Under the pieces are notes generated by a model. The model saw only the letters and a list, made by a program, of their open reading frames with translations, searched no databases and was not told the DNA's origin. DNA of 64,000 bases. It comes from Minisyncoccota bacterium. Lineage in GTDB: Bacteria > Patescibacteriota > Minisyncoccia > Phycocordibacterales > UBA9973. Each line of letters begins with the position of its first letter. The first letter of the stretch is position 1. Positions 39,542-48,677 of this stretch are shown piece after piece. The translations under genes and the position numbers were made by a program. The DNA is taken from NCBI GenBank assembly GCA_031413715.1, contig JANOFO010000003.1, positions 11,047 through 75,046 of the forward strand, in the 5' to 3' direction.

Positions 39542-42500
39542 TTATTTTATATTTATCTTAAATACTAACTCATCAATATTTACTTCAGTTCCTTCATTCT
39601 CAGCGATTTTAATTTGCTTTGCACCCACGGTTTTTAGGAGTTCAACTTTAAATTTATTTATTATTTCTTGGCCATCTGTGTTAGTCGCAACTTCAAGCAC
39701 TACCACATCGCCAGGACTGAGTCCCTGTGCTTTACGCATGTCTTGAATCGCTCGGACAAGCTCGCGATACTGGCCTTCCTGCTTGAGCTCGGGAGTCATG
39801 TTTATATCAAGCTCTACCATAGATTCAATTGAATCATCCGCGCCAATCTCTTTTACATTCAATTCATCTTTAAGGATTTCAATATATTCTTCCTTGAGAT
39901 CTAGATTCTTGACTTTCAGCTGCCAGAGTGGCTGTCTGACTTTTATTCCCGCTTTCTGACGAGCTTCCAATCCTTGCGTGACTATTGATCGGACAGTCTC
40001 CATTTTGGAAAGCAAGTCATTATCAGCTTCGCTTCCTTTCGGCCACGAAGCAAGATGAACGCTTAATTCGTCTGCCTCACTTTTTAATTTCTGCCAAACA
40101 TCTTCTGCTGAAAAAGGCGCGAGCGGGGCTAGGAGCTTGGCTATCTCTTTGAGGGTAAAGTAGAGCGTCTGAAGCGCTTCGGTATCGTGATCCTTTATGC
40201 GGTCGCGAGAACGGCGCACATACCACGTAGAAAGATCGTCGATGAATTCACGGATCGCACGCGTTGGCTCGAGAAGCTTGTAGCTGTCCAAATTCTGAGT
40301 CACAGTATTCACCAGTCGATTGAGTTTAGCGATTATCCATTGATCGAGGATATTGCCTGAAGTCTTCTTCTCAACTTTCTCTAAATCCGTGTCTCTATAC
40401 AATTCATAGAACGCGAGCACATTGTAGAGCAAGTTGAATACTTTATTGTGGAGCTCAGCAACTGTCTTCTCGTCGAAGTTCTTTGATTCACCTGGCTGAT
40501 TGACCGAGTACATCCAGAGGCGGAGAGTGTCGACGCCATATTTTTCGATCATCACCCACGGATCAACAATGTTGCCGAGAGATTTTGACATCTTTTTGCC
40601 TTTCTCATCGAGAATATGCCCGAGGCAGATGACATTCTTGTATGCGCGGCCTCTGCCCATGAGCACTCCAACAGCATGGAGAGTGTAAAACCATCCGCGA
40701 GTCTGATCGATAGCTTCAGATATGTAATCGGCCGGGAAGCCTGTGCCATCTACCCATTCTTTATTCTCAAATGGATAGTGATCCTGAGCAAATGGCATAG
40801 CGCCCGAATCAAACCAGACATCCATAACTTCTTTGACCCGAGTTATTTCTTGCCCATCTTCGGACACGAGCTTTATCTGATCTATGTATGGTCGGTGAAG
40901 ATCGAGTTCGTATTCTTCGTTGTGAGGGACAGGCACGAAAGGCAGCGCACGTACTTCAGCATTCATAAATCTCTTGAAATCAGGAACAAAGACATGCGTA
41001 CCAGCCACCTGATATTCTTTGTTGTCCGGCATGAATAGTCCCGAATTCACATAGCATGCCCATGCCGGACCGCCGTGAGTGATGATCAATATATTCTTAT
41101 CTTTATATGTTTCCTCAAGTTCATACAGGACCTCAGCCGTTCTCTTTTGAACATCTTTGAGTGATTCCCCGCCTCCGATCTTCTCTGTGAACCATTTTAG
41201 TCCTGTGTTCGTATATACATATTTGTGGTATGTATTCCAATCCTTATTATCAAAATCACCAGGGTTTATTTCCTGCAATCGCGGATCATATTTGATAGCA
41301 TCAAGTGACATACTCAAAGTTTCTGCCACAAGATCCGCAGTTTCTTTCGTACGAGTAAAGGGAGACGAAACGATGATATCAATATTGTTAGCTTTGAGCA
41401 GAGAAGCCTGCCTTCTCACTTCTTCTTTTCCTTCTGGAGTCAGATTATCAGTCGCCTGGTTTTTATAGCTCACTAATTCATGCAAGTTACCTTCCGTACC
41501 GCCATGGCGCATGACAAAATATTTGTTGCCGGACTTCTTGGTCTTTTTTTTCATTTCCTCAAGACTGCCGATGACTTCAAGCGTGCCATCTGCCGTCTGC
41601 CATATCGGAAGCGGTGTACCCCAGTAGCGCTCGCGTGATATTGCCCAATCTTTTATATCCTTGAGCCATTCACCGAAACGCCCGTCACGGATATGTGCTG
41701 GCTCCCAATTAATTTCTTTATTCTGATCTATTAACTGCTTTTTGATCTTCTCATCAGACATGCGGATGTACCATGAATCGCGCGCATAGTAGATAAGCGG
41801 GGTCTTACATCGCCAGCAATGAGGGTATGAGTGCTCATATTTTTCCTTTTTGAAAAGCAATCCTCGATGAGCCAAGTCTTTGATAATATCCACTGCAACT
41901 TCTTCATCCTTGACGAATCTACCTTCTAGGAAATCTGTGCCCTTAACAAAATGACCTGTATCATCTACTGTATGGAATTTGGGAAGTCCAACTTTTGTGC
42001 CAAGCTCAAAGTCTTCCTGACCATACATAACCGCAGTATGAACAATGCCGCTACCATCAGTCGTCGTTACGAAATCAGCAGTATAAACTTTGTATGCGTT
42101 CTGTAATTTTTCATCGCCTTTATTAAGCTCCCCAAGATATGGATACAGAGGCTCATATTCGAGGCCAATAAGTTCATTTCCTATAATATCATTATGTACA
42201 ATTTCGATTTTTTGATCTTTAAAAAGTTCAGGAACTCTTGCGGTTGCAACAACATACAACTCTTGTACTCCTTCAACACGCAGAGCTGTGTAAGAAATAT
42301 CCTTACCAACCGCCAAAGCAACATTACCTAGAAGTGTCCAAGGGGTTGTTGTCCAAGCTATGAGATAAACAGTGTCCTTTGTCTCGTTACCCTTGCCCCA
42401 TTTCTGTCCCGGCTTTAAATGAAATTTCGCATATACTGACAGATCCTTGTCATCTTGGTATCCTTGCGCAAGTTCATGTGACGAAAGAGCCGTCCCACAG

Positions 42501-43057
42501 CGTGGACACCAAGGCAAGACCTTGTAGTCCTTATAGAGCAACTTCTGCTCGTTTACTTTCTTTACAACATTCCATACTGACTCTATATATGTATTGTTAT
42601 ATGTGATGTATGGATTATCTTTATCTACCCAATACCCTACTCGATCACGAAATGTATACCAAAGATCAATATATCTCCAAACGCTTTCGCGACATTTCTG
42701 ATTAAATTTAGCAATGCCATATTCTTCTATATCTTTTTTTGATGTAAGGCCAAGTTCTTTTTCTACTTGAAGTTCAACTGGAAGACCATGCGTATCCCAA
42801 CCGCCTTTTCGGCCCACATGATATCCTTGCATCGTCTTGTATCTCGGAATAGCATCTTTGAAAGATTGAGGCTCTAAATGGTGTATTCCTGGCTTGCCAT
42901 TGGCTGTCGGCGGGCCATCGTAAAAAACAAACTCTCCTTTCGGCGAATCCTTCGCGAGTGTCTTCTGGAAAATACTATTCTCTTTCCAGAATTCTAAGAT
43001 TTTCTCTTCTCGGAGCGCAGCTTCTGATTTCTTGTTTTGTATTTCTTTATCTTCCAT
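39542..43057 (-). CDS. ileS: Isoleucine--tRNA ligase type 2 with inserted histidine-phosphatase domain
   Basis: FYDGPPTANGKPGIHH, GWDTHGLPVE, WTTTPWTL, ISRERYWGTP, DQTRGWF, KMSKS; insert carries RHG, SSPFTR and THGG. Confidence 0.97.
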   Translation of the reverse strand: MEDKEIQNKKSEAALREEKILEFWKENSIFQKTLAKDSPKGEFVFYDGPPTANGKPGIHHLEPQSFKDAIPRYKTMQGYHVGRKGGWDTHGLPVELQVEKELGLTSKKDIEEYGIAKFNQKCRESVWRYIDLWYTFRDRVGYWVDKDNPYITYNNTYIESVWNVVKKVNEQKLLYKDYKVLPWCPRCGTALSSHELAQGYQDDKDLSVYAKFHLKPGQKWGKGNETKDTVYLIAWTTTPWTLLGNVALAVGKDISYTALRVEGVQELYVVATARVPELFKDQKIEIVHNDIIGNELIGLEYEPLYPYLGELNKGDEKLQNAYKVYTADFVTTTDGSGIVHTAVMYGQEDFELGTKVGLPKFHTVDDTGHFVKGTDFLEGRFVKDEEVAVDIIKDLAHRGLLFKKEKYEHSYPHCWRCKTPLIYYARDSWYIRMSDEKIKKQLIDQNKEINWEPAHIRDGRFGEWLKDIKDWAISRERYWGTPLPIWQTADGTLEVIGSLEEMKKKTKKSGNKYFVMRHGGTEGNLHELVSYKNQATDNLTPEGKEEVRRQASLLKANNIDIIVSSPFTRTKETADLVAETLSMSLDAIKYDPRLQEINPGDFDNKDWNTYHKYVYTNTGLKWFTEKIGGGESLKDVQKRTAEVLYELEETYKDKNILIITHGGPAWACYVNSGLFMPDNKEYQVAGTHVFVPDFKRFMNAEVRALPFVPVPHNEEYELDLHRPYIDQIKLVSEDGQEITRVKEVMDVWFDSGAMPFAQDHYPFENKEWVDGTGFPADYISEAIDQTRGWFYTLHAVGVLMGRGRAYKNVICLGHILDEKGKKMSKSLGNIVDPWVMIEKYGVDTLRLWMYSVNQPGESKNFDEKTVAELHNKVFNLLYNVLAFYELYRDTDLEKVEKKTSGNILDQWIIAKLNRLVNTVTQNLDSYKLLEPTRAIREFIDDLSTWYVRRSRDRIKDHDTEALQTLYFTLKEIAKLLAPLAPFSAEDVWQKLKSEADELSVHLASWPKGSEADNDLLSKMETVRSIVTQGLEARQKAGIKVRQPLWQLKVKNLDLKEEYIEILKDELNVKEIGADDSIESMVELDINMTPELKQEGQYRELVRAIQDMRKAQGLSPGDVVVLEVATNTDGQEIINKFKVELLKTVGAKQIKIAENEGTEVNIDELVFKINIK

Positions 43058-43062
43058 ATATT

Positions 43063-43276
43063 AAAAAACTCGTCCACGTACAGCAATTAAAAATTACTAT
43101 ACAAGGACGAGTTTCCTCGTGGTACCACCTTGCTTACTTCTCATTTTATAGGGCTCTACTCTCCGCCTAGGACGGATTTCTTCCCAATGCCTGTCCGAAA
43201 TAAATATTAGTATTTATGTCGGGCTCAGAGGTGATGCCTGTCCGGACTATTCGGACGGGGCCTCGTCATTGCATCT
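43063..43276 (-). promoter_or_regulatory. T-box riboswitch (Ile, AUC specifier, ultrashort stem I) with transcription terminator
   Basis: AAGGTGGTACCACG T-box at about 43118-43131; terminator AAACTCGTCC...GGACGAGTTTTTT; ATC at 43233-43235 within GAGG...CCTC; promoter TTGCAA-N17-TATTCT at 43283-43311. Confidence 0.9.
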
Positions 43277-43314
43277 ACCTATAGAATACAGATAAATCAC
43301 TGACTTTGCAAGAA

Positions 43315-44055
43315 TTAGATAATACTTCCAACCTTAAGACCAAGCTTGTCGCTTGCTGATTCATTTTGGACTATGATCTCAAGGAAGCGCTTTTCTCCGA
43401 AACCAGAACTCCCTCGAGTCAATGCAGGCTTGCCGTCTTTTGGAACATCAGCTAGGCGCTCGTAAAATTCGAGATCCTTCATGAAATGACTTTCATTCTC
43501 GATAAGGGTTGTCTTGCAGTTGCCGAAGTTATCTACCCTCCATACGAAGTTTTTTTCTCCGAAATCTTCGACATCTACTTCTTTTGCAGGTACATCTTCT
43601 CCTTCGCTAAGCCATTTGGCAAGATACGGTAGGTACTCAAAGCTTCTAAATTGTGAATTGGAAATCCGCAAGGCTTCATCGTGATCGAGAAACTTACTGC
43701 ATACTTCAAACACATCTGTTTCATAAACCTTGGAGAATAGCCCGAGCTTCTTGGCAAGAGGAAAGCAATTCGGCGTTCCTAGTATCAGCAATTTCCCGAG
43801 TCTGCAAAAGCAAAATGGAATACCATTTAGGTACTTTTCCTTATTGCCACGCAAGGCAACATTGATGGAAATAATGCCAGGTGCATCCTTGTAGGCATCG
43901 ATTGTATCGATAAGATCACCCTGAGCCTTTAGGCTCGATTCTACTCCGCAAAAGTTGGTGGAAATATTTTCAAGAAGACCATGGTAACGTGCTACTTGGC
44001 GCGTGCGGGCATTGTCGTCGAGGCAGTCATTGATGATTGTGACAAGTTGTGACAT
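43315..44055 (-). CDS. SAM hydroxide adenosyltransferase / SAM-dependent halogenase family (DUF62), divergent
   Basis: VWRVDNFGNCKT, GSSG...FLEIIVQNESASDKLGLKVG C-terminal signature; SNSQFRS resembles SxTFHGRD. Confidence 0.75.
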   Translation of the reverse strand: MSQLVTIINDCLDDNARTRQVARYHGLLENISTNFCGVESSLKAQGDLIDTIDAYKDAPGIISINVALRGNKEKYLNGIPFCFCRLGKLLILGTPNCFPLAKKLGLFSKVYETDVFEVCSKFLDHDEALRISNSQFRSFEYLPYLAKWLSEGEDVPAKEVDVEDFGEKNFVWRVDNFGNCKTTLIENESHFMKDLEFYERLADVPKDGKPALTRGSSGFGEKRFLEIIVQNESASDKLGLKVGSII

Positions 44056-44077
44056 AGCTTTTTAATTTTAAATTGTT

Positions 44078-44165
44078 AAAACAACCCGTCGGGGCTGTTT
44101 TTTGCATTTCATAGGTAGATTTGAGAATTTATGCAGTGCAACAAGCAACCCCGATATTTGGGGTT
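44078..44165 (-). promoter_or_regulatory. Putative transcription attenuator (protector, antiterminator, terminator)
   Basis: Mutually exclusive stems: AACCCC/GGGGUU; UCGGGGUUGCUUGUUGCA/UGCAAAAAACAGCCCCGA; CAGCCC-CGAC-GGGUUG followed by UUUU. Confidence 0.75.
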
Positions 44166-44206
44166 TTCATCATAACTGCCATCATTCCTTGTTTGCACGT
44201 ATTCAT
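44129..44206 (-). CDS. Putative leader peptide MNTCKQGMMAVMMKTPNIGVACCTA
   Basis: 25 codons with 5 Met and 3 Cys; ATG lies 7 nt after the -10 of TTGACA-N18-TATCAT (44214-44243). Confidence 0.7.
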   Translation of the reverse strand: MNTCKQGMMAVMMKTPNIGVACCTA

Positions 44207-44243
44207 ATATAGAATGATATCAAAATTATATTCACCCTGTCAA

Positions 44244-45938
44244 TTACATCTTTTCTGGAGTTTTGATACCTAGGAGGTAGAGGCCATTTTTCATAGTTTG
44301 ATGAAATGCCTCTACGAGAGCGATGCGGTATGGGGCATGCGGATCATTTTTATTTATAATCTGAGTATTCGCATAGAAAGAATTAAAAGCACTAGCGAGT
44401 TCGGTAAGATACGTCGCGATGTGATGAGGCTCAAGCGCTTCGTATGAACGCACCACAATTTCAGGGAATTGATAAAGAATATGTTCTAGATTCGTGACTT
44501 CATTTGGTACATCTTTATATCCTAGAGAAAGGTCTTCTTGTTCTGCTTTTTTAAGCAGTGCATTTGCGCGAACAGCAGTGTATTGCAGATATGGGCCAGA
44601 GTCCCCTTCAAATGAGATAGATTTCTCAAAGTCATATACGATGTCGCCAGTCAGTGAAGAGCGAAGAATGGAATATTTCACCGCAGAGACTCCAACTTCT
44701 TCACTGATAGATTTCTTTTCTTCATTGGAGAATTCGCGATCTTTAACCTTCTCACCGACCACATCCATAGAATCCCGAATCAATGATTCTCCTGTTATGA
44801 CATTGCCTTTTCGAGAAGACATCTTGCCAGAAGCAAACTTCATCATGCCATGAGTCACATGCTTCATACGCTTCTCATAATCTGGATGGATCAATGACAC
44901 AGCTTTCTGCACTACTTTCATATATTCGCCTTGCTCAATAGCCGTAACGATAATAGATAGATCAGGGTCTTCTTTGCCAAACTTGGTCATCATCAATCCT
45001 ATTTCTTTTGTCTCATAGAGAGGAATACCTAGCGATGTAATGAAAACTCTGGTGTGCAGTTTCGGATCATACTTTTCGGCATGGAACACTATTGCGCCAT
45101 CGGATTCTTCAAAAACCTTTCCAAGATTCTCTTGTACGATCTTCTGACCAATTGGAGCCATTTCAGACTCAAAGAAATAATAATTAAATTTTGTACCAAG
45201 AAGAGAATATATTTCTTCAAATGCATCGAGGGTGACTTGTCTGCCCCAATCATATATTGTATTTATATCCTCATCACTTCTATCATAGACTTTTTTATTT
45301 ATAACATCGATTTCTTTCTTTATATTTTCATCCTCATCTGCTTTTGTGCTTGCTTTGGCATACTGCTCGCCGATCCATAAAGCTCCCTTTCCTTCGTACG
45401 ATTCACCAGAGTTAATAATGCCATAGATAGCTTTAGCGACATGAGGTCCGACATCACCTTGATAGTTTGCGCGGATAGTATGAGCCCCAGAGTATTCCAT
45501 GATGCGAGCGATGGATTCCCCTATAGCATTTGTCATCAAGTGGCCGATATGAAACGGCTTGAAAGGATTGGGATCAGTGTATTCCACCATAATTTTCTTA
45601 CATTTTACACGCTCATTTTTACCCCAATCTTCTTTTTGCTTTAAAATATCTTTTACTGCATCAGCAAAAAATTCTCGAGAGAGATAGAAATTGATAAATC
45701 CTGGTCCAGCGATTTCGATCTTAGCGATTTCCTTCGGTAAATTACTTTCAAGTTCACTTTTGATCTTTTCAGCAAGCTCGCGCGGATTACTCCCTGCAAC
45801 TTTAGCGTAAGCAAGCGCAACATTCGTAGAATAATCTCCATTGATAATTTCAGCTGGATGTTCAAGAATTATATCTTCGGCATCAATTCCAAGATTTTTC
45901 AGCGCTATCTTAATTTGTTCTTTTAATTTTTCCTGCAT
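44244..45938 (-). CDS. argS: Arginine--tRNA ligase
   Basis: GDYSTN, AGPGFINF, PNPFKPFHIGH, KMSSRKG, GDSGPYLQY, C-terminal PEKM. Confidence 0.98.
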   Translation of the reverse strand: MQEKLKEQIKIALKNLGIDAEDIILEHPAEIINGDYSTNVALAYAKVAGSNPRELAEKIKSELESNLPKEIAKIEIAGPGFINFYLSREFFADAVKDILKQKEDWGKNERVKCKKIMVEYTDPNPFKPFHIGHLMTNAIGESIARIMEYSGAHTIRANYQGDVGPHVAKAIYGIINSGESYEGKGALWIGEQYAKASTKADEDENIKKEIDVINKKVYDRSDEDINTIYDWGRQVTLDAFEEIYSLLGTKFNYYFFESEMAPIGQKIVQENLGKVFEESDGAIVFHAEKYDPKLHTRVFITSLGIPLYETKEIGLMMTKFGKEDPDLSIIVTAIEQGEYMKVVQKAVSLIHPDYEKRMKHVTHGMMKFASGKMSSRKGNVITGESLIRDSMDVVGEKVKDREFSNEEKKSISEEVGVSAVKYSILRSSLTGDIVYDFEKSISFEGDSGPYLQYTAVRANALLKKAEQEDLSLGYKDVPNEVTNLEHILYQFPEIVVRSYEALEPHHIATYLTELASAFNSFYANTQIINKNDPHAPYRIALVEAFHQTMKNGLYLLGIKTPEKM

Positions 45939-45955
45939 TTTCTACTTTCTACTAG

Positions 45956-46378
45956 CTACTTCTTCCCCGTACTTCCAAACATTCCTTCTCCACGAGCTGA
46001 GTCACTGAGCGTATCAGTCTCTTCAAGTTCGCATATAGCCACAGGCACGATAACAAGCTGGGATACTTTGTCTCCTTTTTCAAAAGCATAAGGCTTGTCA
46101 GAAAGATTTACTAAAAGGGTGTTATATTCACCTCGATATCCTGCATCAAAGACTCCTCCCATATGATGCAGCCCTGCCTTGGACATGCTACTCTTGTCCA
46201 TAATTATACCACCGTAGCCGTCGGGAAATTCGAGAGCAAACCCATGCCAGAATCTATAATGCTCCATTGGCTGGATAATCTTATCCTCCATCGCATACAT
46301 ATCCATGCCAATATCTCCCGGATGAGCGTATCTTGGCAACTTCGCATTCTCTTTTAATTTTTTAACTTTGATTTTCAT
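45956..46378 (-). CDS. dut: dUTP diphosphatase
   Basis: GDIGMD, GVFDAGYRGE, GDKVSQL, RGEGMFGSTG. Confidence 0.95.
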   Translation of the reverse strand: MKIKVKKLKENAKLPRYAHPGDIGMDMYAMEDKIIQPMEHYRFWHGFALEFPDGYGGIIMDKSSMSKAGLHHMGGVFDAGYRGEYNTLLVNLSDKPYAFEKGDKVSQLVIVPVAICELEETDTLSDSARGEGMFGSTGKK

Positions 46379-46380
46379 TT

Positions 46381-46953
46381 TTATATTTTAATTATCTCTT
46401 TGACTTTCTTTACAACTTGCTTTGGTGACAAGCGAGTATTATCTATCTCTATATTATACTTCACCGGGGCAGGAGTATTCCAATCTTTTTCTTTCTTCAT
46501 TATTTGCCTCATTATCTTAGGATCAGCAAGTTTGTTCAATTTCTTCCTTGATTTCCCTGATACACGCTTGATAAGAGCATTTCGATCAGCAGTCAGGTGA
46601 ACGAAATACGCTTTCCCACCGGCCTTCTCAATAAATGATTGAATTTTCTTCACAAACATAGGATCACTTAAACCTGTCAATGAAACATAATCTGCCGAAT
46701 ACGCATGAGTAGTTACAGTATTCAAATGGCCTTTTGAGATTTCTTCAAATATAGACAATCTCAATGTTTCAACTAAACGATTGAGGTTTAGGGTGTCTCT
46801 CTCAAAAAGTTCTCTGGCAATATCGTAAGTATGGTGATTATGGAAAAATTTATATCCAGTCTGTTTTTGGAATTCTTTAGCTACTGTATATTTACCTACA
46901 GCAAACGGGCCATAGAATGTGACAACATTGAATTTGGGTTTTTTAGTTTTCAT
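46381..46953 (-). CDS. P-loop nucleoside/nucleotide kinase-like protein
   Basis: FYGPFAVGKYTVA, FFHNH, VHLTAD...LIKRV. Confidence 0.75.
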   Translation of the reverse strand: MKTKKPKFNVVTFYGPFAVGKYTVAKEFQKQTGYKFFHNHHTYDIARELFERDTLNLNRLVETLRLSIFEEISKGHLNTVTTHAYSADYVSLTGLSDPMFVKKIQSFIEKAGGKAYFVHLTADRNALIKRVSGKSRKKLNKLADPKIMRQIMKKEKDWNTPAPVKYNIEIDNTRLSPKQVVKKVKEIIKI

Positions 46954-47481
46954 TTAAAATTTACTGAACATTTCTAATATAGGAGGGAAAAATAGAGAAG
47001 TGACAAATTTACTTTTTTCTTGCTCAGAAAGATTTTTAATACTTTCTATAGAATACTCTTCAAATCCAGCTCCATCTTCAGGTTCGATTTTTAAATCGAA
47101 AATTGTACCAGAAAAATTATAGCCAAAAAAATATCGAAGTGCATTATTTATAGTTTTTGTTTCAGGATCTTCATTTCGAAAAAGAACCCTACCAAGATAT
47201 TTAAGATTATCAATACTTTCCTCAATACCAGTTTCTTCTCTTAATTCGTTAATCGCTGCTTGTTCAATAGTTTGATCAAGTTCAACATGGCCACTTACGG
47301 AAAAGGTTAGTTTGCCAGGATGCGTTTCTTTAGTAATTGAACGTTTCTGGAAAACAAATTTATCATTAGGTAACTTTATAAGAACAAATACCTCTGGGTG
47401 CAGTAGCCCTTTTTGGTGAACAACGGATCTTTCTTCAGAACCTATTACATCTCCACGCTCATTAATAAGAGGTATTTTCAT
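46954..47481 (-). CDS. Nudix hydrolase (IDI-like)
   Basis: VHQKGLLH, FQKRS..K..HPG, SGHV...AAINELREETGI; start placed at MKIPLINE. Confidence 0.85.
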   Translation of the reverse strand: MKIPLINERGDVIGSEERSVVHQKGLLHPEVFVLIKLPNDKFVFQKRSITKETHPGKLTFSVSGHVELDQTIEQAAINELREETGIEESIDNLKYLGRVLFRNEDPETKTINNALRYFFGYNFSGTIFDLKIEPEDGAGFEEYSIESIKNLSEQEKSKFVTSLFFPPILEMFSKF

Positions 47482-47554
47482 AACTACCCCAGTATAACAA
47501 AATAAACCAATCCCATGAAGAGATTGGTTTATCAATGTTTTGTTATAAATTATT

Positions 47555-47905
47555 TTACTCGTCACGAAAGTCGAGCCAAAAAGGACAATAATTACCAACT
47601 GGTTGTCCGTCAATATTTATGGGCATAGTGCCGCTGCCAATATTGAAGATTTTTTTCGCAGGATTGCCATCATTCTCATTACAAGCAAGATGACAATCTC
47701 CTTTACCAGTAGCATACACTGAGCCCATTTCTCCCCGGTAGAAACAATTTCTACATGTTCTTTGTACAACCCCATCTGTTGGAGTATATAATACTTCCGT
47801 AGGTGTTAATTCTTTTTTTGGATCATCTTTCGTTTCTGCAGCGATGAATGGCTGCCCGTTAAGGAGACGCAAGCCTCCTTTTTTAACAGTAAGACCTTTT
47901 TTCAT
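47555..47905 (-). CDS. Small Cys-rich protein with HiPIP-like Cys spacing
   Basis: CRNCFY...GDCHLAC...NYCPFW; own TTGACA/TATAAT promoter at about 47945-47973. Confidence 0.55.
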   Translation of the reverse strand: MKKGLTVKKGGLRLLNGQPFIAAETKDDPKKELTPTEVLYTPTDGVVQRTCRNCFYRGEMGSVYATGKGDCHLACNENDGNPAKKIFNIGSGTMPINIDGQPVGNYCPFWLDFRDE

Positions 47906-47980
47906 AACAATAAGTTTATTTTTTGATTTTGAATATTCAGTTACATTATAGCACGCGAAATCCCATGTTGTCAATATTTA

Positions 47981-48673
47981 CTATTTAAGTAATTTTCGAA
48001 CTTTTCCATAAACCTCCTCATGTATATCTTCGCGAGTGCGGAGAATATTCTTTTGGGCACATTCTATCTGCTTGAATTCGGGCTGCGTCTTGGCGAGCCA
48101 AAGAGCGCTCTTGCGAGAATTTGTAAGGTATTCAACATTTCCTTCTACTATATCTTTCTTCTTGCCTAGATATGTGCGTTTAGATTTCTTGTTGCGTTCT
48201 TTAATAAGATTCAAGATAACAGACATCGGAAGGTTAAGATAAAAAACCACATCGGGTCGAGGAATTTTGAAAACTTTATATTCCATCTCATCTAGCCACT
48301 TTATAAATGCTGCACGCTTAGCCGCATTCTTGATCTTGCCTCCTTGGTGGATCTGATTGGCGCTCACATAGCGATTCGCAAGGACTATGTAGCCCCGCTT
48401 GAGCCAGCCTTCGATCTCTGCTTTTGATTCAAACCGGTCACCTGCATAGAGTACCGAGGCGATCTTTGGATGAACTTTGACGAAATTATAATATTGTTCA
48501 GAAAGGCAGTGACCGATAAATTTACCGAAAAAGTTCTTGTAGTATTCTGGAAAGTCTACATTCTTAACTATATACCCTTCTTTCTTTAATCTTTTAGTCA
48601 ACAAATCCACCTGGGTTGCTTTTCCGCTACCATCCGTACCGTCTATTACTATGAGTTTACCTTTTCTTTTCAT
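47981..48673 (-). CDS. tmk: Thymidylate kinase
   Basis: LIVIDGTDGSGKATQ, LYAGDR, NRYVSAN, PRPDVVFYL. Confidence 0.93.
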   Translation of the reverse strand: MKRKGKLIVIDGTDGSGKATQVDLLTKRLKKEGYIVKNVDFPEYYKNFFGKFIGHCLSEQYYNFVKVHPKIASVLYAGDRFESKAEIEGWLKRGYIVLANRYVSANQIHQGGKIKNAAKRAAFIKWLDEMEYKVFKIPRPDVVFYLNLPMSVILNLIKERNKKSKRTYLGKKKDIVEGNVEYLTNSRKSALWLAKTQPEFKQIECAQKNILRTREDIHEEVYGKVRKLLK

Positions 48674-48677
48674 TGTT

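Noticed and set aside
44056-44243. SAM riboswitch upstream of the DUF62 gene
   Set aside because: No SAM-I core (AUC..GAG...GCAACC...GUGC) in the right order; the leader-peptide model fits better
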